64,000 nucleotides of DNA from Armatimonadota bacterium (GTDB lineage: Bacteria > Armatimonadota > Fimbriimonadia > Fimbriimonadales > Fimbriimonadaceae). A program made the translations under genes and the position numbers. The notes below the pieces were generated by a model. It had not been told where the DNA came from, made no database searches, and worked only from the letters and a program-made list of their open reading frames with translations. Where the stretch lies: assembly GCA_022563855.1 (NCBI GenBank), contig JADFMN010000005.1:132623-196622 (forward strand), given 5' to 3'. Positions 55,593 through 62,014 of the stretch are shown here, piece after piece; position 1 is the first letter of the stretch; each line of letters starts with the position of its first letter.

Positions 55593-57344
55593 TCATTGTT
55601 CTTCCGCGAAATTGTACGCAGGCAAGGTCATGAGCCGACTGTCTTCAACCGGGCCGCCCACAGTGAAGTGGTAGAAACTTTGCCACTCGCGTGAAACGAT
55701 CCCGAAGGCCGCATGGACCGGATCGTCGAAGTAGCAGCCGATCCCGGTGGCGCGGATACCCGACTCTTCGGCTTCGAGATAAAGCAGCTGGCCCACCATG
55801 CCGGCCTCCCAGAACAGGTTTCGGTAGAACCCGCTGCCATACGTCGCCAGGCTGTCCATGTAGTCGGCGATCATGGCCAGGCTGAAGGCGCCATCGCCGG
55901 CGATGGCCTGGCCACAGGAGACGGTGGTCGCCAGCGCTCGACAGTCCCCCTCTTGGAGGAGGTACAGGGGGAGTCCTGGCGGACAGTCGGATACGCGGTG
56001 CCAACAAAATTCTGGATGCATCACTCTCTTGAGGATATCGACCTTGTCCGGATCTCGGGCGAGCGCGTAGATGCCAGGCGCCAAGCCGTCGACGCGGTGA
56101 ACGAAAAGCCCGATGTGGATGCGCGGTCGCCAGGGGATCGCGTCCCAGGGCATAGCTCTCCGCTCTTGTGTTGGAATCAGTCGGGCGAGCATGCGAAAGA
56201 ATGCTGCTCGCGAGATTGCCGTCGAGCCATCCATCGCTACTGCGCTGCGGCGTCCAAGAATGGCCCTCTCCGCGGTGAGCAGGCCCTGACGGATGGGTGT
56301 CCCGAAAAGCTCATCCTCCGAGGGAAAGCCGGAGAAGTCCTCCTTGATAGGCGAGCTTTCGCATCGTCGCGTCGCCTGGGCAACGGCGTCGATCACGGGC
56401 CACTCGACGCTGTGTTCGGGGCTCAACGTATTGGCCCTGCCCTGCCAAAGCACGCCACCGCCATGCACCGTCAGCGGCGTCGACTCGATCGGAAGCGGCG
56501 CTGGTAAATCCGGTGAAATCAACGCGAGCAGCTCAGATTCCTCGCGCTCCGCCGCCGCGAAATCCTCAGCGCGGTCAAGCCCAAGGAGACTGGAGAGGGT
56601 GCCATCGCTGACGCTGTCGAGGAGCACCAATCTCCAGCCGAGCGCCGCTGCCGCGATACGCAGGCTGGCAAGCGCGTGTCCAACGTCGTGCTGGCAGTAA
56701 CGGAACGCACGCTCACCGTACTTCCAGGCTTCCCGCCAATGCACCGACGACAGACCCACAAAGAAGGAGCCCTCAGGGAAAGGCTCAGTCAGCTCGGTCC
56801 ACCGCTTCGCGTCGAGCACCGCTCGCCGTTCAAGAGCGTGCTCCCTCGGCGCATAGTGGTACACGGCGGCCGTCTCGCCGATCTGGTCGACCGCAGGTAG
56901 TACGGCATAGCCCTCGGTCGGATGAAGATTTCCACTCGACGGATTTGCGCGCAACGGCCACGTGGTATCACCAGATTGCTTCCATGCCGTCAGCGACAGT
57001 GCATACCGGAAAAAGAGCGAGACCGACGCGAACGACAGTGGCATCGGCGGCATGATCGCGCTCGCATAGAGCTGCCAATAGGGTAGCGGGCGGCCCGCTT
57101 TAGGCAGAGGGAGGCGAACGAGATCCGCTCCCGCGTAGCGCCGAAACGGATCGGGCTGCGTCGCCCAGTCCATGTAGCCAAGCGAGGCGGCGTAGCGGTG
57201 GAAGTGGTGTTTTGTCCGCTCGTGGTAGGCGACGACCACCTCTGCGGCAGAGGCATCTCCCTCAAGAAGGCTGGCTCGTTCCAGCGTACCTGGCTCCCCC
57301 GATAATGGTGAAAGACGATGCGACGTCATGGCAATCTTCGTCAT
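55593..57344 (-). CDS. SagB/ThcOx-type dehydrogenase, two nitroreductase-like domains
   Basis: YHERTKHHF...MDWATQPDPFRRY, RANPSSGNLHPTE and the C-terminal domain FYRNLFWEAGMVGQLLYLEAE...TGIGCYFDD are characteristic. The start is the ATG at 57344 (ATGA-coupled to the upstream small ORF) or the GTG at 57356. Confidence 0.75.
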   Translation of the reverse strand: MTKIAMTSHRLSPLSGEPGTLERASLLEGDASAAEVVVAYHERTKHHFHRYAASLGYMDWATQPDPFRRYAGADLVRLPLPKAGRPLPYWQLYASAIMPPMPLSFASVSLFFRYALSLTAWKQSGDTTWPLRANPSSGNLHPTEGYAVLPAVDQIGETAAVYHYAPREHALERRAVLDAKRWTELTEPFPEGSFFVGLSSVHWREAWKYGERAFRYCQHDVGHALASLRIAAAALGWRLVLLDSVSDGTLSSLLGLDRAEDFAAAEREESELLALISPDLPAPLPIESTPLTVHGGGVLWQGRANTLSPEHSVEWPVIDAVAQATRRCESSPIKEDFSGFPSEDELFGTPIRQGLLTAERAILGRRSAVAMDGSTAISRAAFFRMLARLIPTQERRAMPWDAIPWRPRIHIGLFVHRVDGLAPGIYALARDPDKVDILKRVMHPEFCWHRVSDCPPGLPLYLLQEGDCRALATTVSCGQAIAGDGAFSLAMIADYMDSLATYGSGFYRNLFWEAGMVGQLLYLEAEESGIRATGIGCYFDDPVHAAFGIVSREWQSFYHFTVGGPVEDSRLMTLPAYNFAEEQ

Positions 57345-57460
57345 GCTGTGCAGCACTCGATGAGCGCCTGCGCGCTGGCCACCGCGATGACGTGCCTGAT
57401 TCCCGGCAGCTTTTCAGAACCGGCGGAAGGATCGTTGTGGTGAGGATCGGTGGTCTGCAT
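57341..57460 (-). CDS. Small ORF (39 aa), candidate precursor peptide: MQTTDPHHNDPSAGSEKLPGIRHVIAVASAQALIECCTA
   Basis: The ATG at 57460 is the first start codon in an open frame. GGAG lies 7 nt upstream (GGAGCTTAGAT-ATG). The TGA stop overlaps the ATG of the SagB-like gene (ATGA). It is below the 60-aa cut-off of the ORF track. Confidence 0.45.
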   Translation of the reverse strand: MQTTDPHHNDPSAGSEKLPGIRHVIAVASAQALIECCTA

Positions 57461-57540
57461 ATCTAAGCTCCATGATGGATACGAATCACAATCGCTCAGT
57501 AAAGAGGATACCGAATGGATAGGAATTCCAATCGCCCCGT

Positions 57541-57561
57541 GTTCATACTCTTGTTCATACT
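57541..57561 (+). repeat. Tandem GTTCATACT x2 (right inner end of island)
   Basis: gttcatact-ctt-gttcatact, 66 nt before the attR-like repeat. Partner of 54429-54448. Confidence 0.8.
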
Positions 57562-57627
57562 GTTTCCAGAAACTGGGTGCCGAAAACGGGTGTTTTTAGG
57601 CGCAGTGCGAACCTAGGCGCTATTTAG

Positions 57628-57680
57628 GCAGCGGTCTCCAAAACCGCAGGTCGCGGGTTCGAGTCCTGCTGCCCCTGCCA
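57628..57680 (+). repeat. attR-like 53-nt duplicate of the tRNA-Trp 3' portion (no 5' half present)
   Basis: gcagcggtctccaaaaccgcaggtcgcgggttcgagtcctgctgcccctgcca is identical to 54329-54381. The preceding sequence does not resemble the tRNA 5' half. Confidence 0.9.
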
Positions 57681-57693
57681 CCTTCACGATTGT

Positions 57694-58422
57694 TCAAAAC
57701 CCAGCTTGCAATTGCTCAGCCAGGCTGATGAGCTCTTCGAGTTTCCGATCGGCAATCATCAGGAACGATATGTCGTTGTGCGTCCAACTGAGACACGGGG
57801 TGTTGTTGAGTTTGCCGTGCGAAAACGCCTTCCTTCCTCTGACTGGCTTCAGGTCTTCTAATACTTTCTCTCCTTGGATCGCATACAGAATCAGCGGTCC
57901 AGAGCTATCTTGCATAGAAAGTCGTATGAACGAAGATCCCCCGACTTCGCCTGCGCCGACGGCGTTCACTTCGAACAACCGTTGCACGACAGGGAATTCC
58001 GGGCCTAGTCCGTCCTCCATGGCGGCGACGGCGTCGTTCGAGCTCAACGGGGTCGCGCTTCTCATCAGCTGCGCGACCTGCTGGCCTGACAGCTCTCGCC
58101 CGCCGATTTCACGGTTCCAAATTCCGGCAAACGCGATGATGACGAACAGGCTGGCAGCCATGGCCCACGAGTAGCGGCCGACAAAGCTGTCCAGCTTCGA
58201 CGATCGGTCCAAGGCCTGCAATCGCTCTTTGGACTGCTGCCAAGCGTCATCGCAGTCGTGCTCGAGGCACATCGTGGCTAGAGACTCGCGGAAGAACAGA
58301 GCCCACTGGTACTCGGCAGCGGCGTCCGGGTTCTCCTCGACGATTTTCATCGTCTCCTTCCTCTTGTCATCTGGCAGCTCGCCGTCGGCAAGCGCATGTA
58401 CGTCTTCGATCCAATCGCTCAT
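57694..58422 (-). CDS. Anti-sigma factor (single-pass membrane protein)
   Basis: N-terminal VHALADGELPDD... is an anti-sigma-type helix. A central TM (WAMAASLFVIIAFAGIW) follows. 4-nt overlap with the ECF sigma gene. Confidence 0.7.
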   Translation of the reverse strand: MSDWIEDVHALADGELPDDKRKETMKIVEENPDAAAEYQWALFFRESLATMCLEHDCDDAWQQSKERLQALDRSSKLDSFVGRYSWAMAASLFVIIAFAGIWNREIGGRELSGQQVAQLMRSATPLSSNDAVAAMEDGLGPEFPVVQRLFEVNAVGAGEVGGSSFIRLSMQDSSGPLILYAIQGEKVLEDLKPVRGRKAFSHGKLNNTPCLSWTHNDISFLMIADRKLEELISLAEQLQAGF

Positions 58423-58985
58423 TCGGTGTTCGCCTCTCGCAGGTACCCCTCTTCTCGGGCGTACTCGGTCAGCTGCCGTCGCAGCATGGCCCTCCCTCGC
58501 GCAAGCCTCGATCGGACTGTTCCAACCGGAACCTGCGTCGCCTCGGCCACTTCGTCGTAACTCATGCCTTCTATGTCGCTCAAAATCACTGTCATCCGAA
58601 ACGCTTCCGGCACGTTGGCCAGCGCCTCTTCGATCTCTGCGCCTACCAGTTCGTCCAGCAGCCGCCTGTCCGGCACTTCGTCAGCCGGTGCGATCGGCTC
58701 GGCCGCCTCCTCGTCATCGAGCGAGGACGGCTTGCCTGTCCGTTGCCTCTTCCGGTACCTGTTGATGTACAGGTTCGTCAGGATGCGCAGCATCCAAGCC
58801 TTGAAGTTCCGACCGTCGAACCGGTCGAACGCCTCGTAAGCCCGAATCAGCGCTTCCTGAGAGATGTCGTTGGCGTCTTCCGGATCCCTCGTCAGGCGCA
58901 ACGCTGTGCCGTAGAGAGAAGGAAAAACGTCCTCGGCCATCCGCTCGAAGCGATCCCTCAGCGGGTTCGCCTTCCCAAATAGCAT
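58419..58985 (-). CDS. ECF-family RNA polymerase sigma factor
   Basis: Region 2 DANDISQEALIRAYEAFDRFDGRNFKAWMLRILTNLYINRYR and region 4 SYDEVAEATQVPVGTVRSRLARGR. Confidence 0.9.
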   Translation of the reverse strand: MLFGKANPLRDRFERMAEDVFPSLYGTALRLTRDPEDANDISQEALIRAYEAFDRFDGRNFKAWMLRILTNLYINRYRKRQRTGKPSSLDDEEAAEPIAPADEVPDRRLLDELVGAEIEEALANVPEAFRMTVILSDIEGMSYDEVAEATQVPVGTVRSRLARGRAMLRRQLTEYAREEGYLREANTE

Positions 58986-59095
58986 GAGGCTCGAGTGTAC
59001 CTCTCGGTTAGGTTCAACCGGCTGTCCTCGTCACGGGTTCCCAATGCTCGGAAACAGGCAAATTTACTGGGGTATATGCAGGGTGCCAACTGCCC

Positions 59096-59110
59096 GACGC
59101 TCGCCCTCCC
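59096..59110 (-). repeat. Partial (15-nt) copy of the dispersed GGGAGGGCGAGCGTC motif
   Basis: The reverse complement of gacgctcgccctccc equals the first 15 nt of copy A. Confidence 0.6.
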
Positions 59111-59120
59111 GTGGGGGAGT

Positions 59121-59210
59121 CCCGAACTCCCGAGTCCCGAGTCCCGAGTCCCGAACCCCCGAACCCCCGAACCCCGAGTCCCGAGTCCCAAACCCCCGAA
59201 CCAACCCGAA
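59121..59210 (+). repeat. CCCGA(G/A)(T/C) heptamer/octamer tract (G3N4-5 repeats on minus strand)
   Basis: cccgaactcccgagtcccgagtcccgagtcccgaacccccgaacccccgaaccccgagtcccgagtcccaaacccccgaaccaacccgaa. It has at least 9 consecutive C3+ runs spaced by 4-5 nt. Confidence 0.9.
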
Positions 59211-59215
59211 CGGCG

Positions 59216-60352
59216 TTAGCGCTCACCAGGCCGTATGACGTGCCGACCCTCTTTCAGAATCCGGTCGAGGTCGGCGAGCTTGAACCTAACCGTGCGGATA
59301 TAGGCGACCTCGCCCTCGTCCCAATGGCCGTACGTCGTCGTGACGAACGTCCCGTCCGGCAGAATCTCCACCCCGGGGTAGCCGCAGTCCGCGCCGACGT
59401 AGTTTTTCTTCAGCCGCACGCGGTACTGGCCCTCGCGGCCCATCACGATATCTTCCCACGTGCCGACCCAGCCGGCCCAGTCCCAGCGCGTCGGGCTGAT
59501 GTGGGTCGTGTCGCGGAAAGAGATGAACAGCCTTCCGTCCGGGCCGTACTTGGCGGTGTGCCTGTCTCCGGTCAGCGCGGCGGGCAGCTCGCGCGGGTTG
59601 GTCCAAGTCTTGCCTTCGTTGCGGCTGAACATGACGTAGGAGTTGCGGGTGCGGGTGTTCTCGCGCAGCAGGATCGCGATGGTCTTACCGTCCGGCGAGC
59701 GGATGAACCCCGGCTCGCAGAGGTGGACGTCGCTAGCGGCGTGGACCGCCTCGGGCTCCGACCACGTCATTCCGCCGTCCTTGCTGAACGTCTTGTACAG
59801 CGTCATGGTCGGCGTCTGCTTGCCGCCCTCTTTGAAGAACCGCCCGTCGTCGTGGAACATCGCGAGGTAGTCGCCGTTCTTCATCCGCTCCGTGAACCCC
59901 ATGACGACGATCCCACCCCAATCGCCGACCGACTCCAGCGGGCTCCAGCTTTCGCCGGCGTCCTCGCTGACTGCCATCCGCGCTGGATAGAGCCCGGACC
60001 AGACGATCAGCCGCTTCTTGCCGGTCTTGGGGTCGATGACCCGGTGGATCGTTGGCGTCTCCTTGCTCGTCGCCCAGTTCTCCGGCGTGGGCAGCCGCTC
60101 GCTCCAGGTCTTGCCGCCATCCGCGGACCTCTTGTAGACGATCGGCCCCCTCCCGTGAGCCTTCGGATACACCGTCAAGATCGTCTTGCCGTCCTCGAGC
60201 AGCACGGTCGTCGGATGGCCGAGGTACTGGCCCTTTTCCTGGTCCACGACGACGTGGAACTGCGGCAGCCTGTCGAGGTCGACGACAGGGATCGCGTACG
60301 CCTTCGGCAGCGGGTCTTGCGCAACCATGCAGATGAGAGCGAGAGCGATCAT
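59216..60352 (-). CDS. BNR/Asp-box repeat glycoside hydrolase (sialidase-like beta-propeller), exported
   Basis: Four Asp-boxes: SADGGKTWS, SEDAGESWS, SKDGGMTWS, SRNEGKTWT. Signal-like N-terminus. Confidence 0.8.
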   Translation of the reverse strand: MIALALICMVAQDPLPKAYAIPVVDLDRLPQFHVVVDQEKGQYLGHPTTVLLEDGKTILTVYPKAHGRGPIVYKRSADGGKTWSERLPTPENWATSKETPTIHRVIDPKTGKKRLIVWSGLYPARMAVSEDAGESWSPLESVGDWGGIVVMGFTERMKNGDYLAMFHDDGRFFKEGGKQTPTMTLYKTFSKDGGMTWSEPEAVHAASDVHLCEPGFIRSPDGKTIAILLRENTRTRNSYVMFSRNEGKTWTNPRELPAALTGDRHTAKYGPDGRLFISFRDTTHISPTRWDWAGWVGTWEDIVMGREGQYRVRLKKNYVGADCGYPGVEILPDGTFVTTTYGHWDEGEVAYIRTVRFKLADLDRILKEGRHVIRPGER

Positions 60353-60459
60353 GACTCTCCTATGTTCTCACATTTCGCTTGACCGATGATCGGCACGGCG
60401 CCCACCTGATCGCTCGCATCCTCCGGCAATTCGCTCTGCGACCTGAGGGTCGCGGTTGC

Positions 60460-60485
60460 GGGAGGGCGATCGTCCTCGCGAGCCG
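60460..60485 (+). repeat. 26-nt dispersed motif, copy C (GGGAGGGCGATCGTCCTCGCGAGCCG)
   Basis: 24/26 identical to copy A. Inverted relative to copy D, with 132 nt between the two copies. Confidence 0.8.
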
Positions 60486-60563
60486 CGTATGTCTGTCGCC
60501 CTGCGATGTCGTGCAGACCTGAAGGTTGGCACTACTATGGAGGATGCTGCTCCTTTTGGGAGT

Positions 60564-60581
60564 GCTCCGACGCGTCGGAGC
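60564..60581. promoter_or_regulatory. Perfect 18-nt palindrome GCTCCGACGCGTCGGAGC
   Basis: Self-complementary (9-bp arms, no spacer), centred between the inverted 26-nt motif copies. It lies downstream of the mqn gene and upstream of the BNR gene, and could be a bidirectional terminator-like hairpin or an operator. Confidence 0.5.
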
Positions 60582-60617
60582 TTTCCTCAGCGCTGACCGA
60601 TGACCTTTGATCCAAGG

Positions 60618-60643
60618 CGGCTCGCGGGGACGCTCGCCCTCCC
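60618..60643 (-). repeat. 26-nt dispersed motif, copy D (reverse complement GGGAGGGCGAGCGTCCCCGCGAGCCG)
   Basis: 24/26 identical to copy A. Confidence 0.8.
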
Positions 60644-60647
60644 GTTC

Positions 60648-61817
60648 CTAGTGGACCATGGTCAGTGGTTCGAGTTGCTTCCTCGGCTTGGTGTCCGCCA
60701 GTTCCTCAGGCGACCGCTCGACCACGTTGTAGAGCGAGTCGCGCTCGACAGGCACGCGCCCAGCCTCGCGGATCATGAAGTTCATGTTCTGGTAGGTGAG
60801 GCCCTGGCTCTTGTTGCCGAAGTCGCCCTCGCTATACGTGATTTCGTACTCGTGCACGAGCCCGTCGCAGTCGTCCGAACCGTACCAGAGCGCGGCTTGG
60901 GTGATCTCGGGTGTGTTCATGATCCAAAAAGACTTGATGTGGTCGAAGTTGTCGAGCATTAGGCGGCTGACCGCGATGTTGCGCAGGTCCATGGCGCCGG
61001 TCAGCGGCTTGACGTCTTCCAGCTCTGTGTTCTCCGGATGGAACGAGAGAGGCGTGAAAGAGAGGAAGTTGCCGACCTCGTCCTGCAGTTCGCGGAGTTG
61101 CACCAGGTGCTCGACCCGCTCCTCGTCGGTCTCGATGTGTCCGTAGAGCATCGTCGCGTACTGCGGAAGTCCGGCCTTGGCGGTCGCTCGAGCGACGGCC
61201 TTCCACTCTTCGCCTCCTAGCTTTCGGCCGAATAGCTCTTCGTGGACGCGGTCGCTCAGGATCTCGATCCCACCGCCAGGGAGACAGTCCAGCCCAGCCT
61301 TCATGAGGTCGCTCAGGGCCTGGTCGATCGAAACCTTGCCCTTCTTGGCGATCTGCTCGATCTCGATCGCGGTGAAAGCCTTGACGTGCGCTCCGGGAAG
61401 GACCTCCTTTACCACGCCAACGAGGCGCATATAGTAATCGTAGGGGAGGCGCGGGTTGATGCCGCCGACCATGTGGACCTCCTTGATCCGCACGTCTTTG
61501 TGCCACTCGAGTCGCCTGCGGACCTCGTCGATCGTCATCTCGTAAGGGTCCGGCCCGCCCTTCTTGGCGTAGAACGAACAGAACTTGCAGAACTTGTTGC
61601 AGATGTTCGTGTAGTTGATGTGCTGGTTGCGGACGTAGTACGCCTTGTCGCCGTTCTTGCGCTCGCGCACGATGTTCGCCATGTAGGCGACGCCGGTGAG
61701 GTTCGGGTGCTGGTAAAGCCGCAGCCCGTCCTCTGAGTTCAAGCGCTGGCCCGTTTCGACCTTTTTGAAGACGTCGAAAAGATCGGAGCCAACGATTCGT
61801 TCTGCGGCGATGCTCAT
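60648..61817 (-). CDS. mqnE: Radical-SAM menaquinone (futalosine pathway) enzyme, MqnE/MqnC family (aminofutalosine synthase-like)
   Basis: NQHINYTNICNKFCKFCSFY (CxxxCxxC cluster in the Mqn/CofH-like context), 389 aa. The subfamily (MqnE versus MqnC) cannot be settled by eye. Confidence 0.6.
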   Translation of the reverse strand: MSIAAERIVGSDLFDVFKKVETGQRLNSEDGLRLYQHPNLTGVAYMANIVRERKNGDKAYYVRNQHINYTNICNKFCKFCSFYAKKGGPDPYEMTIDEVRRRLEWHKDVRIKEVHMVGGINPRLPYDYYMRLVGVVKEVLPGAHVKAFTAIEIEQIAKKGKVSIDQALSDLMKAGLDCLPGGGIEILSDRVHEELFGRKLGGEEWKAVARATAKAGLPQYATMLYGHIETDEERVEHLVQLRELQDEVGNFLSFTPLSFHPENTELEDVKPLTGAMDLRNIAVSRLMLDNFDHIKSFWIMNTPEITQAALWYGSDDCDGLVHEYEITYSEGDFGNKSQGLTYQNMNFMIREAGRVPVERDSLYNVVERSPEELADTKPRKQLEPLTMVH

Positions 61818-62014
61818 GGATGGGGAAGAGGGTGGATCGACCCTGTCAGCAATTATGCCAGAACTGTCCGCAACTACTTGGGCGTGCCCGGCATTTCTAC
61901 CAGTATGCTGACCAAAATTGCTGGACGAAGATCGGGGGATGAGCTATAATGTTGGTTCGTCGAAAGACGTTTTTTGCTTCTGTCTCTGCCACTGGCACGT
62001 TAGGAATTTGCACC

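Larger units (their letters stand above)
54382..57680. mobile_element. Remnant integrative island inserted in the 3' end of tRNA-Trp
   Basis: The 53-nt 3' portion of the tRNA (54329-54381) is repeated identically at 57628-57680. A truncated tyrosine-recombinase gene lies next to the tRNA, and gene fragments lie inside. Confidence 0.8.

Noticed and set aside
57212-57466. 84-aa plus-strand ORF across the SagB start region
   Set aside because: It overlaps the 5' end of the SagB-like gene in antisense. It has no SD and an Arg-rich composition. The minus-strand 39-codon ORF with SD and ATGA coupling explains this interval better.
59111-60382. 423-aa plus-strand ORF antisense to the BNR gene, starting inside the CCCGA tract
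   Set aside because: The minus strand carries four Asp-box motifs. The plus frame is Arg/Pro/Val-rich and starts in a simple repeat.
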